IMG/VR virus record: IMGVR_UViG_3300045988_111617
Direction: 5' to 3' (one strand)
Length of the DNA stretch: 64,000 bases
Source: a virus
Part shown: positions 38,852 to 48,610 of the stretch, piece after piece
How the letters are laid out: the number at the start of each line of letters is the position of its first letter
Position numbering within the stretch: position 1 is the first letter of the stretch
The notes under the pieces: generated by a model
What the model was told of the DNA's origin: nothing
What the model saw: the letters and a program-made list of their open reading frames with translations, nothing else
Database searches by the model: none
Made by a program: the position numbers and the translations under genes

Positions 38852-40404
38852 TATTTAACAAATCTAAATTTATAATCAGTTACTGAAGATGGATTTTGTA
38901 AAGCATAAATATAGTAATTTTCCCCATCAATTACCATTTCTTGCTCTTTTACAAAATCATCATAGGGCATTGAAGTGGCATCATCTAATACTTTTGTTAG
39001 AAGTCCAAAAGTAGAAGGATACGCATAAACTGCTCTCTGGTCTTCTAAATTATATGTTAGAGTAGCAGAAGCAGAGGTACATACTTCTTTCGTTAAAGAA
39101 GTTATCATAGGCTCTGTAATACTTCCTACAGAAGTTCCTACAGGTAAAGCACCATAATATCTATAGTAAGTCTTCTTGAAAGTAGCTGTAGTGCTTCCAT
39201 TATAAGTCTTGCCCTGGTAAACTACTACAACTCTATAAGTTGTAGTTGTAGTTACATCAGTAAATACTTTATAACCTGTTGCTGGGTCTACTGTTTCTCC
39301 ATTTACAGTTACTGAATCAGGAGTAAGAGTCTGTCCATTCTTCATGAGTTTCCAAGACACCATAACTGTCTGAGAAGTGCCTTCATCATAAGTTCCTCCT
39401 CCAGATACAGAAAGGGTAGTAGGAAATACTTTCTCATCAAGTTGAGCAAGCAATTCATTCATTGCATTAATCTTCTCAGTGATTACTTTATTCTGAACTG
39501 GATTTACAGAAGTCTCACTAAGAGCCTCATCTACTGTTACAGTAGAACCTCCTTGAATCTCAATATTTCCTTCTCCAGTAATTGCTTGTCCATTTACAGT
39601 TTTAAACTGTTGATTAGAAATTGCAGTAGATACTTCCTCTTTAGAAGCTAAACCAGAAACATCAGGAATATCTGCTTTAGGAGCATAGCTCTCTAACTTT
39701 GTGTCCACTTGTGCTTCTGTAATAAAACCAGAAGTATCTGGAATATCTGTCTTTAAAGCATAGTCTCCTTTAGGCTGTTTCTCTCCTATCTCAGTATTTA
39801 TCTGATTAATACTTTGAGTAATAACCTTATTTTGAACTGGATTAATAGATTCTGTACTAAGAGCATCATCCACTGTAACAGAGCTTCCTCCTCCTTGGAT
39901 TTCTATATTACCCTCTCCAGTTATTTCCTGGTTATTAATAGTCTTAAACTTCTGGTTAGAGATAGCATCAGTAACTTCTGTCTTAGTAGCTAAATCTGTA
40001 GTATCTGGAAGCTCACTCTTAAGAGCATACTCTCCTTTTGGCTGATAAAGTTCCTGTGCTTTTACTTCAGATAACAGTCCTTCTATTGAAGGTATATCAG
40101 ACTTTTTAGCATAGTCAAGAAGTGCTGTATTTAAGGCATCTTCTGTAACATAGTTTTTAAGGTCTGGAATTATAATCCCTAATTCTTCGAGAGAAAGGTT
40201 TCCTTCAAGGACTACATTGTTAATCTTAGGTTTATTCTCTAAGTCATTGTAGTCTGAAGTTCCTCCTCCAGAACTAGTACCTATTTTTCTCCATCCTCCA
40301 TCATATACATGGATTGTATTAATATTATTGGCACCTGCTTTAACCCATAATACATAAGGAGTTGCAGGGGGATTAGTAGAAAATATAATATCTCTAATTA
40401 TCAT
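38851..40404 (-). CDS. 517-aa fibre-like protein (head or tail fibre) with an internal tandem duplication
   Basis: Two ~85-aa repeats (KGEYALKSELPDT...NPVQNKVITQ / KGDYALKTDIPDT...NPVQNKVITE) also visible at DNA level; immediately downstream of portal. Confidence 0.55.
   Translation of the reverse strand: MIIRDIIFSTNPPATPYVLWVKAGANNINTIHVYDGGWRKIGTSSGGGTSDYNDLENKPKINNVVLEGNLSLEELGIIIPDLKNYVTEDALNTALLDYAKKSDIPSIEGLLSEVKAQELYQPKGEYALKSELPDTTDLATKTEVTDAISNQKFKTINNQEITGEGNIEIQGGGSSVTVDDALSTESINPVQNKVITQSINQINTEIGEKQPKGDYALKTDIPDTSGFITEAQVDTKLESYAPKADIPDVSGLASKEEVSTAISNQQFKTVNGQAITGEGNIEIQGGSTVTVDEALSETSVNPVQNKVITEKINAMNELLAQLDEKVFPTTLSVSGGGTYDEGTSQTVMVSWKLMKNGQTLTPDSVTVNGETVDPATGYKVFTDVTTTTTYRVVVVYQGKTYNGSTTATFKKTYYRYYGALPVGTSVGSITEPMITSLTKEVCTSASATLTYNLEDQRAVYAYPSTFGLLTKVLDDATSMPYDDFVKEQEMVIDGENYYIYALQNPSSVTDYKFRFVK
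39500..40070 (-). repeat. Intragenic tandem duplication (two ~250-nt copies) inside the fibre gene
   Basis: DNA-level similarity between 39500-39760 and 39810-40070 (approximate). Confidence 0.5.
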
Positions 40405-40411
40405 AGCTTAA

Positions 40412-42835
40412 TTATTTACTACTTACTGGTTTCTTATTTATTTGTTTCTCCTTTAATCTGGCATCCTCTTCCTGCTTATCTCTCTGTACCTTGAGTTTCT
40501 CCCTTTCAAGTATCATTTTAGCATCAAACTCTCTTATCTGCTCTCTAAGTTTTGCAGCTGCTTCTTCAGACATAGGCTCCTGAATACCATCATTAATGTC
40601 TACCTCTGAATCCTGAAGTTTAGATTGAGCATTAATCTGAGCAACAAGAATCTTGGTCTCATTATCTCTCTGATTAAGTATATCTTCCTGCTGCATCTTC
40701 TGCATTTCAGTCTGCTGCTGCATCTGAGCCTGTTGCTGCTGAGCCTGGAGTTCCTGCTGCTGTTGCTGCTGAGCCATTTCTCTCATCTTCCTTTCATCAT
40801 TCTCAACCATTCTTTGCTTTTCAGCAAGGGATGAAGAACCGTATATCTTCATTATAGTTGAGAAGGAAAGAGTCTGGTTTTGTAGGGCTGCCTGAGCAAG
40901 TGTCTCAAGCTGAGACTGTAACTTTTGAAGTCCTTCAGAGTTGTCTACTACAAGACCATAGTCAGCTTCTGCAAATTCATCTCCCTCTATATTTACTATC
41001 TGCATTGAACTGTCAGATAATATATACTGGAACTTCTTGCTTCTCCCTTTAAGGGCTGCTTTTGCAGTTTCAAGGAAGCACTCAAGTGCTCTCCTCTTCA
41101 CATCATCATGTATAGTAAAGAGCCATTCTGTTATATGTGATGACTGAAGAGTTGCCCTCTCAACACCACCTACAGTCTCTCTATTGCTTATCTGACCTTC
41201 TCTCTGTCTTGTGATACCTGCAACTTCAGACATCTCAAGCTTAATAAATTCAAGAAGGCTTATATATTGCTGTATGTTATTACCCCAGTCAGCATCAATC
41301 ACACCTGTGGAGGCATTATTAAGTGCTCCTGCAAGCTTTCCTGTTGCAGCACCTATATTTCCCTCTTTGAAGGAGTCTACTACAGCAATTCCATTAACCT
41401 TGGCGTAGTACATCCATTTCTCTATTTCCCATCCTTTTGGAACCTTGGCAAGGTCAAGTTGTACAATCTTACCCCAGTTCCTGGCAATCATCTTGTTAAG
41501 TCTATCATGAACAGCATCATACAAATAGTTATACTGCTTCATCATATCAACAAGAGAGAAAGGTCTTGATTCATTAAGGTTATATATAGAACCTACTATA
41601 CCAAAATGACATCTTGATGGATTTGAAAGCCTGTTGTACTGTACAACTCTTGGTCTCATATTAACATAGATATCCTGACCAATTTTAGTTCCTTCCCAAG
41701 CTTCATTAATCCAGAATGTTTGTTCTTCTTCTCCTAAGTCAGGATTACAGATATAAGTCTCTGGGTAGAAGTTGAAAGTCTCTTCACCTGTTTCAGGGTC
41801 ATATGACTTTACCTTCTTTATCTTCCTTCTTGATTTCCAGTACATTCTTAGAACTCTAAGATTACCTGCAAGGTCATAAGGAAGAAGAGAGTTCACTACT
41901 GCATCTGAAAACAGGTTAAGTGGGTCAAAGTAGAAACCATCAGTAACTACTTCATCCCCTATCATATTATTATTTACAAATCCATACCTCTCATCTATAT
42001 TGTCCATAGAGTCTGAATAGGCTTGACCTATGTGGTCAGGCAACTTTTCAATATACTCCATGTCCTTTTTAGAGAGAACATCATAGAAAGTATCTATAAC
42101 CCTTCCTGGGCTCCAGTAATCTTCTATGATTATAACATCTGCATCTTCTATCCTGTTGGAATAGCCAGACTTGAACACTCTTATCTTAAGAGGATTCACC
42201 CTTTCAATGACTGGCTCTCCTCCTACTATATCACACTGATAAATCTCTTCACCTACAGTCATGGCATCCATGAAACCATTGTTGAAGAGAAGAGGCATAT
42301 TATATTCCTTTATATAATGATTGAGAAGAGCATTTGCTCTTATCTCTCTCATATCCTGCCACTGGTATGTATAGTAGTCATTGAGCTTCTCTAACTCCTG
42401 ATTGAAATCTTCCTCAGAGAGTGAGTTGTCAGCAATTAACTGCTGAAGTGAAGCAAGAAGCTGCTCCTTTTTATGGTCTTCAACCTCTGTTACAGCATTA
42501 GGATTAGTCACTACCACCTTAAAGTCAAATACCCTCTTTGTCTCCTCACCCCTAAGAACATTCAGTTTGGAGTTCATAATAGGATAGTGCTGTATTCTAT
42601 CAGGTATATAACCTACCTTTATACTTTCTGGGTTTATGATTGCTTCCATGTCCTCCATATGGAGCTTTCCATTAAGGAGGTCATAGTTTATCTTCTTATG
42701 TATTGTGCTTTTCCTTACAGGAGAATAGTTGAAGAATGTCTTGGAATCTGCCCAATCCATACATTGCTTCCTCCACTTCTTTGTCTTCTGTGAGAAGGGC
42801 AGTTGTTGCCTTGGAAAATTAATAAATTCTGACAT
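40412..42835 (-). CDS. Putative portal protein (807 aa) with Gln/Glu-rich C-terminal tail
   Basis: ATG start; size and position directly downstream of terminase large subunit; poly-Q acidic C-terminus. Confidence 0.55.
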   Translation of the reverse strand: MSEFINFPRQQLPFSQKTKKWRKQCMDWADSKTFFNYSPVRKSTIHKKINYDLLNGKLHMEDMEAIINPESIKVGYIPDRIQHYPIMNSKLNVLRGEETKRVFDFKVVVTNPNAVTEVEDHKKEQLLASLQQLIADNSLSEEDFNQELEKLNDYYTYQWQDMREIRANALLNHYIKEYNMPLLFNNGFMDAMTVGEEIYQCDIVGGEPVIERVNPLKIRVFKSGYSNRIEDADVIIIEDYWSPGRVIDTFYDVLSKKDMEYIEKLPDHIGQAYSDSMDNIDERYGFVNNNMIGDEVVTDGFYFDPLNLFSDAVVNSLLPYDLAGNLRVLRMYWKSRRKIKKVKSYDPETGEETFNFYPETYICNPDLGEEEQTFWINEAWEGTKIGQDIYVNMRPRVVQYNRLSNPSRCHFGIVGSIYNLNESRPFSLVDMMKQYNYLYDAVHDRLNKMIARNWGKIVQLDLAKVPKGWEIEKWMYYAKVNGIAVVDSFKEGNIGAATGKLAGALNNASTGVIDADWGNNIQQYISLLEFIKLEMSEVAGITRQREGQISNRETVGGVERATLQSSHITEWLFTIHDDVKRRALECFLETAKAALKGRSKKFQYILSDSSMQIVNIEGDEFAEADYGLVVDNSEGLQKLQSQLETLAQAALQNQTLSFSTIMKIYGSSSLAEKQRMVENDERKMREMAQQQQQQELQAQQQQAQMQQQTEMQKMQQEDILNQRDNETKILVAQINAQSKLQDSEVDINDGIQEPMSEEAAAKLREQIREFDAKMILEREKLKVQRDKQEEDARLKEKQINKKPVSSK

Positions 42836-42858
42836 TCTTAGTTACTTTTTTAACTGTG

Positions 42859-42866
42859 CAAAAGTA
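42859..42866 (-). promoter_or_regulatory. Candidate -7 box TACTTTTG upstream of portal
   Basis: TAnnTTTG motif ends ~24 nt before the portal ATG, just after a terminator hairpin. Confidence 0.3.
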
Positions 42867-42872
42867 ATAAAA

Positions 42873-42898
42873 CTTATCCTATTAAGCAATAGGATAAG
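42873..42898 (-). terminator. Hairpin terminator/attenuator between terL and portal
   Basis: 11-bp stem CTTATCCTATT/AATAGGATAAG, followed on the - strand by TTTTATTACTTTTG. Confidence 0.55.
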
Positions 42899-42917
42899 TA
42901 AATTATTAAGAGTAGTA

Positions 42918-45227
42918 TTACTTTTTGCTAAATTTCATCAATCTATCATCATAATTAATCTTGAAGAAAGGGTCATTACCTAAATAATCAGCTGACACCT
43001 TATCATCCTCCCTCTTCATATCTCCCTGATACAGAATTACTTTCTCCTCTCTATACAACATTACCATACCTAATGCCCTTACCCTATCCACATTTATATC
43101 TGGATTAAACAGAATAAGCTCCTTAAGGAGAGCCCTATTTCTTATTCTATAGAGATTGAATATAGTAGTCTCAACTTGCTCACCATCTACTTCCTGTACA
43201 ACTGTTATTGGCTTAAGCAACCAATCCCTTATGAGAGTGTTAGCATAGTTGTTAATAGGAGCTGTTGCATTCACTCCTTTTGATTTATTACCTACTCCTA
43301 TGACTTTTATAAGGTCCTTATCCTTAAGATATTCAGGAGTATCTGCAAGAAGATAGGTGCAGTTCATTCTTGAGAAGTATGCAAATATACCTTTTTTATT
43401 GTTCTCATAGAGGCACTTTGCATTATAGAACAGGCAAAGTTTCCTGACCATCTCAAAGTTATCATCAGCATGTGTTTTTCTTCCAGTATACTCTGCTACT
43501 ATCTGGTCTGTCCATAGGTCAAGAACAAAGGTTGAAGTGAGGGAAAGTGTATCTGACTCATCATCATCAACAGGGTCATGACCTATAATATACCTGTCAG
43601 GAAATACCCTATCCTCTCTATTCTTCTCTGGAAGATTGAATATCTCAAGTGCACCTTCTGCCTTATTATCTTTTAGAGGGAAATCTCTGATTGGCAAATC
43701 AGTAGTAGGACAGAACTCTACTTCTCCCTTGGCATTCTGTATCAAAGTACCTGTGTAGACATCATCAAACTCTCTTAGATTATTATCCAACTGATTAAGT
43801 CTTTCATTAAGGTCTGTAACTGGGAACAGATTACCCCTTGTCTTGAGGATAGCTTCCTGTGGAGTTATAGGGATTTCAGCAATTCTCTTGGTTATTGAGT
43901 TAATATCAGTAGAGTTGTACTTTACAAGATATCTATCCTTGAGTATCTCAAGAAGAGCTTTTGTTACATCTGAATTTCCATCCTTATCATAACATTCTGC
44001 CCTATTCATATAACCAGGGAAGAAGAAAGTAAATAACTTTCTACCCTGACCCTCCTTATCATAGACATTTGGAAGGTCCTGCATATTATATCCGAGAGGG
44101 TTATACATAATCTCCTGAGCTGAAGCAAAGTCAGACTCATTGTCTCCAGCAGTACCATACATGAAGATAAGACCATATATATTCTCTCCATCCTCTACTG
44201 ATGGTCTAAGAGTGTTGTAAAGACCAAGAAGTCTTGGGAATGTACCAAACTCTTCTATAAGATAGAGTACGCCTCTTGAACCTCTCAGCTTAGACTCATC
44301 ATCCTTAGATGTGATACCTATTACTGAGTTAAGAGTTCCCTTCTTTGTACCACTGTCAAGGTCCTGGTAACCCATAGTCCACTGAAGATTCTGCATGGTA
44401 TTGACCAGTCTCTTTGAAGGGAACTGGGTATTCTGAGCACAGAAGTCTATATACCCAGAGAACATATCAAGTATCTGATTAGCACCTGACAGATATTTCT
44501 TTTCAGAGGCAGTTACAACACACTGTACTTTCTTGTTTACTTCAAAAGATTCTCCAAGTATGAACCTTTTTGCAAGAAGTGCTGCACCTAAGTAGGACTT
44601 ACCCTTACCTCTGGAAGCAAGTTCAGCAGCATGATGTCCATTAGCTCTTGCTTTTTGTAGATAATGAGTGAGATAGTAGTGACCTTCCCAGAATTTAGGA
44701 AAGTCCACAACCCTATTAGCCCTTCTTCCCCCTTTCTCATCCTTTCTATCCTGAAGAATAGGACAATAATTGAGGAAGAAATATAGGTCACCAGTTATCC
44801 ATTCACCATCAGAAGGTCTGACATAACCTTCATAACATCTTCTTATTTCCTCTCTAATCCACTTGCCAAACTCAGAATTTGGGTTTGGATTAGGTCTCAA
44901 GTCTGTAAATCTTCCAGTCTCCTTGAAATGTATTGCTGTTGGTCTGAAGTAGTCACTATCCTCTATTATATGGGGCTTTGTTATATCAATTATAATCTTA
45001 CCTTCTTCATCCCTTGGAAGGTCACAAGCCCTTGGTCTGTTTTCTGAAATCAGACTTCTTATGTAAGGAACATTATGAAGAAAATCAAGATATTGGTCTT
45101 GAATCTCCTGTGGTAAGCCCTCTATAGAAGATTGGGTGACAGGAGTTTGATACTTATTAGTTGGTATTAATATTCTATCTTCTTCCATACAAATCCTCCA
45201 GCTAAATTCCTCTCTCCTCTTAAACAC
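42918..45227 (-). CDS. terL: Terminase large subunit (GTG start at 45227; alternative ATG at 45188)
   Basis: P-loop ASRGKGKSY (Walker A), C-terminal acidic nuclease-like cluster IIGHDPVDDDESD; ~770 aa as in crAss-like TerL; upstream of portal. Confidence 0.7.
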   Translation of the reverse strand: MFKRREEFSWRICMEEDRILIPTNKYQTPVTQSSIEGLPQEIQDQYLDFLHNVPYIRSLISENRPRACDLPRDEEGKIIIDITKPHIIEDSDYFRPTAIHFKETGRFTDLRPNPNPNSEFGKWIREEIRRCYEGYVRPSDGEWITGDLYFFLNYCPILQDRKDEKGGRRANRVVDFPKFWEGHYYLTHYLQKARANGHHAAELASRGKGKSYLGAALLAKRFILGESFEVNKKVQCVVTASEKKYLSGANQILDMFSGYIDFCAQNTQFPSKRLVNTMQNLQWTMGYQDLDSGTKKGTLNSVIGITSKDDESKLRGSRGVLYLIEEFGTFPRLLGLYNTLRPSVEDGENIYGLIFMYGTAGDNESDFASAQEIMYNPLGYNMQDLPNVYDKEGQGRKLFTFFFPGYMNRAECYDKDGNSDVTKALLEILKDRYLVKYNSTDINSITKRIAEIPITPQEAILKTRGNLFPVTDLNERLNQLDNNLREFDDVYTGTLIQNAKGEVEFCPTTDLPIRDFPLKDNKAEGALEIFNLPEKNREDRVFPDRYIIGHDPVDDDESDTLSLTSTFVLDLWTDQIVAEYTGRKTHADDNFEMVRKLCLFYNAKCLYENNKKGIFAYFSRMNCTYLLADTPEYLKDKDLIKVIGVGNKSKGVNATAPINNYANTLIRDWLLKPITVVQEVDGEQVETTIFNLYRIRNRALLKELILFNPDINVDRVRALGMVMLYREEKVILYQGDMKREDDKVSADYLGNDPFFKINYDDRLMKFSKK

Positions 45228-45949
45228 CTCCTGATATAGGATGCTTTCACTCCAGTAGCTTCTTCTGCCTCTTTAACAGAAGAAAAAATCCTAATTAATT
45301 CAGTCTTATTGAACTGCCCTATTGGAGAAACTCTATCTTTAATTAGAGTTACTCTTCTGTTAAGTTCTTCTGGATTATTATATCTTAGAAATATAAATCC
45401 TTTTGTTTGAATAACTCCCTTATAATTATAACAGCTAAAGTATATTTCAGAACTACTTATACCTAAAACCCTCCCTGCCTCTTGAGCACTCTGAAAAATA
45501 TTTATCAGCTCACCTGTTAATGAGAATTGGTATACTTTGTATTTTGAATGTCCTGTCCTAAGTTTATTTATATACTCTTCTGTTATTTCTATCTTAGATG
45601 GTTCACTCTTCTTAGAAAGACTTAATTTTCTCTTAGATTGCTCAGTCCAGTGAAACCCTTTATTAACTTTACCTCCTGGAGCTATATTATAGGAGAACTT
45701 TTTAGAGTCTGTTATTAATTGTTTCTCCAGTTTCTCTGCCTCAGAAAGTGATAATTTATCTCTTAGAATTATATGATAAAAATTATCCCATCCATATTTA
45801 AGAATTGCATTATAAAACTTTCTACAGTTTTTATACCCTTCTCCATTTTTCCACCTAAGTTCTGGAACTGAAGAAGTTATTCCTACATAAGTTTTTCCAT
45901 TTACTTTATTTATATGGCAATAAACAGTATAATTACACCTTATGTCCAT
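45167..45949 (-). CDS. GIY-YIG homing endonuclease inserted upstream of terL
   Basis: YTVYCHINKVNGKTYVGIT, RWKNGEGYK; overlaps terL start. Confidence 0.8.
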   Translation of the reverse strand: MDIRCNYTVYCHINKVNGKTYVGITSSVPELRWKNGEGYKNCRKFYNAILKYGWDNFYHIILRDKLSLSEAEKLEKQLITDSKKFSYNIAPGGKVNKGFHWTEQSKRKLSLSKKSEPSKIEITEEYINKLRTGHSKYKVYQFSLTGELINIFQSAQEAGRVLGISSSEIYFSCYNYKGVIQTKGFIFLRYNNPEELNRRVTLIKDRVSPIGQFNKTELIRIFSSVKEAEEATGVKASYIRRCLRGERNLAGGFVWKKIEY

Positions 45950-46280
45950 CTATCACCTCCTTTCCTTCCTCTGACATTACCCACTTGAGCACCTCATATG
46001 TGAAGAAAGGTTCCATAAGGTCCCATACCTTGGAATCATCAGTTCCTGATGTATTTATAGACTGTTGTACCTTCAATACTAAAGTATTTTTCCCTTCAGA
46101 ATGGAGAAACAGTTCCAATGTAAGTTCCTTATATGCCTTTATCTTTAGTGGTTTGCTGGTCTTTCTTACAATGAACCTTATAAATGGATTCTTTGTTCTT
46201 TCTATTGCTAACCTTGTAAGTGACCTTATTATCTCTTCCATATATATCCTCCTGCTGTTGGTTGTTTTCCATTTAAACAA
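45933..46280 (-). CDS. 115-aa hypothetical protein between two HEGs; terminase small-subunit candidate by position only
   Basis: ORF location upstream of terL. Confidence 0.35.
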   Translation of the reverse strand: MFKWKTTNSRRIYMEEIIRSLTRLAIERTKNPFIRFIVRKTSKPLKIKAYKELTLELFLHSEGKNTLVLKVQQSINTSGTDDSKVWDLMEPFFTYEVLKWVMSEEGKEVIDGHKV

Positions 46281-46906
46281 TTTGACAATGAGCCTTTATG
46301 AGTTTTAGTTAATCTTGCTGCTTCATTGATACTATCAAAACATGCTATAAGATTTCCTTCTTTATCAAATTGTTTAACCTTTGTAGTTTTTCTTTTTCTA
46401 TCTTCCCATTTTCTCCAATCTGGAGGAGTCCCTTTATTTACCACTACGTATCCCTTGTAATGGAACATCCCATTATAGGTATGCAATGAACCATTCAATC
46501 CAGATGGGCTAACTCCTAAAGTATCAGAGGCTTCTTGTATAGATTTGAAACTTCCAAGAAATTCATGCTTCAAATTATATACATCTATTGGAATAGATGT
46601 ATCTGGAGTATCATCATACCCATCTGACATGTTATAGGATAATCTAAGACTCTTATAATATGCTATTAATTCTGCTTCCAATATAACAGCATCTTCATTA
46701 TCAAGTCCTGAATATAGAATCTCATGAGTAAAATTATCCCAACCATATTTTTCTATGGCTCTTCTGAAAACCATTTGAGTTTTATAGCCAGACCCATTCA
46801 ATCCCCATCTTTTGATGGGAGACTGGCAAGTAATACCAATATAAACTTTGCCATTTATTTTGTTGGTGTGTTTATATAGAGTAAATTTTTTATCTTTAAC
46901 TAACAT
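46229..46906 (-). CDS. GIY-YIG homing endonuclease
   Basis: FTLYKHTNKINGKVYIGIT, RWGLNGSGYK. Confidence 0.8.
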   Translation of the reverse strand: MLVKDKKFTLYKHTNKINGKVYIGITCQSPIKRWGLNGSGYKTQMVFRRAIEKYGWDNFTHEILYSGLDNEDAVILEAELIAYYKSLRLSYNMSDGYDDTPDTSIPIDVYNLKHEFLGSFKSIQEASDTLGVSPSGLNGSLHTYNGMFHYKGYVVVNKGTPPDWRKWEDRKRKTTKVKQFDKEGNLIACFDSINEAARLTKTHKGSLSNCLNGKQPTAGGYIWKR

Positions 46907-46918
46907 ATTGTCATACAG

Positions 46919-47485
46919 TTAGATAAAAACCCCATCCTCGAAAATTGTTTTGTTATTACCACCTCTTGCTCTTCCAGCCTCTTCAAGTTCCTTTTGGACT
47001 GCTCTTTCAGCTTCAGAAAGAGACTTAGCAAGTTCTGGAATCTGTTTTATAGCAGAGGTTATGGTATTCACAGGATATACAGGCTTACCCTTATCATCCC
47101 TTTCATTAAGGTCTACGTTCCTAAGAAACTCCCTTAACTTGTCTATGGCAACTCTTGTATCCTGAAGAAGTAGAGTAGAGGAAGTATTGCATAACTTTGC
47201 ATAGATGTTCATAGCTTCTTCAAGTTCCTTTGAAGGTTTGAAGTCTTCTGGAAGACCTTCCTGTAGAATTATCTCCTTTGCCCTTTCCTCTGGGTCAGTT
47301 ATATACATATATGAACTGATTGGGTCAGTCATAAAATAAAGATAACTTATCTGCTGCCAGAATTTCTCCTTAGTAGCAGACCTATCCTGATTGAAAAGTT
47401 TCCTTATAGGTTTCACAAGATAGGCTTCATCTGACAACTTTAACTGGTAATTATCATATTCTATTAACTTCATATCTATAACCAA
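46919..47485 (-). CDS. 188-aa hypothetical acidic protein
   Basis: ORF. Confidence 0.6.
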   Translation of the reverse strand: MVIDMKLIEYDNYQLKLSDEAYLVKPIRKLFNQDRSATKEKFWQQISYLYFMTDPISSYMYITDPEERAKEIILQEGLPEDFKPSKELEEAMNIYAKLCNTSSTLLLQDTRVAIDKLREFLRNVDLNERDDKGKPVYPVNTITSAIKQIPELAKSLSEAERAVQKELEEAGRARGGNNKTIFEDGVFI

Positions 47486-47489
47486 TAAA

Positions 47490-47510
47490 AGCCAGTTTAT
47501 TAAACTGGCT
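47490..47510 (-). terminator. Terminator after the GroES-like gene
   Basis: 9-bp stem AGCCAGTTT/AAACTGGCT, then TTTATTGGTT on the - strand. Confidence 0.55.
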
Positions 47511-47516
47511 ATATAA

Positions 47517-47963
47517 CTAAGATATTATCTTACTTGTTCCTGGGGTATAGATTCCAGCCTTAGCTGCTCTTGATTCTATTGTTTCCTCAGGGGTATCATC
47601 CTCATATTCCTCTATAACAAAATCTACATCCTGTGTTTCAAGAAGTAAATGAGGGACTCCATCAAGTTCTATGATTGGAAGATTATAGCCAAGCACTGGA
47701 TTGTCCTCAATAACTCCATCCTTTAGAGAGCCCTGTTTATGTTTCATCACTGCATATCTTGCAGGATTAATCATAACTATATCTCCTACCTTAAGTCCAG
47801 CAGGATTAGAACCTACTGCTACAATCCTTTGATATTCTTTGACAGAACCTGCCTGCTTCTTTGCTATTACAAGACCACCTTCAGTAGTCTGGTCTTCCTC
47901 ATATCTATCAAGTGTTGTCACTATTTTAGTAAATAGTGGTCTAATTTTCTTTATATTAATCAT
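47517..47963 (-). CDS. GroES/Cpn10-like co-chaperonin (T4 gp31 analogue) with C-terminal acidic extension
   Basis: IRPLFTKIV, GGLVIAKKQAGSVKEYQRIVAVGSN and LKVGDIVMI match the GroES mobile-loop/roof pattern. Confidence 0.7.
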   Translation of the reverse strand: MINIKKIRPLFTKIVTTLDRYEEDQTTEGGLVIAKKQAGSVKEYQRIVAVGSNPAGLKVGDIVMINPARYAVMKHKQGSLKDGVIEDNPVLGYNLPIIELDGVPHLLLETQDVDFVIEEYEDDTPEETIESRAAKAGIYTPGTSKIIS

Positions 47964-48231
47964 TACTTCTACTCTTTAAACCATTGAGATACTTAAATCT
48001 CTTCTTCATTCCCAAATACCTCTCATAGGTACATACAAGTTTGCCCAATGATGGAACATTGAAACATGTCCTGAGCTCATTAAATTCCTCTTCAGTGAGA
48101 TTTTCCTTCAAAGGCAGTTCTGTGATTGTCTCTCTAATGAACCTCCAAAATGTCCTATAGGCTAAAGATACAACCTCTTCAGGTATTCCTGTCTCCTGAG
48201 AGACTTTCTCAAATATTGGCTTATAGTTCAT
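47956..48231 (-). CDS. 91-aa hypothetical protein
   Basis: ORF in a tightly packed small-gene series. Confidence 0.5.
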   Translation of the reverse strand: MNYKPIFEKVSQETGIPEEVVSLAYRTFWRFIRETITELPLKENLTEEEFNELRTCFNVPSLGKLVCTYERYLGMKKRFKYLNGLKSRSND

Positions 48232-48608
48232 TACTTCAATGTAAAGTACAACAATAACTTAAATGAACCAGATTCTTCATCTATATTAGGTATGAATCTT
48301 GGATTTATCTTTCCATCCACAATTATCTGATTCTTTCTAAGTTTACCCATTATCACTTGAAAGTGAGGAAGGGTTATATTGCATTCCTCCCTCACTGCTT
48401 TTTTGGTATCTTCACTCATCAATACCTTATCAAGTATATCTGGGTCTTTAACTACCTTACTTAGTTTATATCTCTGCTTGACAAATGCAGTAGCCACATC
48501 CATTTCTCTTGCTGTAAGTCTATGGAATGGCTCAAGAAATTCAAACCATTTTCTAAAGAAGGAATCAATATTGCCTGGAACCATTACTACACTGTCAGGC
48601 TTCTTCAT
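48231..48608 (-). CDS. 125-aa hypothetical protein
   Basis: ORF. Confidence 0.5.
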   Translation of the reverse strand: MKKPDSVVMVPGNIDSFFRKWFEFLEPFHRLTAREMDVATAFVKQRYKLSKVVKDPDILDKVLMSEDTKKAVREECNITLPHFQVIMGKLRKNQIIVDGKINPRFIPNIDEESGSFKLLLYFTLK

Positions 48609-48610
48609 GA

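Noticed and set aside
536-47936. Numerous 60-130-aa ORFs nested inside or antisense to large genes, for example 536-859, 2996-3259, 6929-7306, 19266-19484, 33494-34102, 40625-41569, 47739-47936
   Set aside because: Fully contained within longer, motif-bearing ORFs on the other strand or frame; low-complexity translations.
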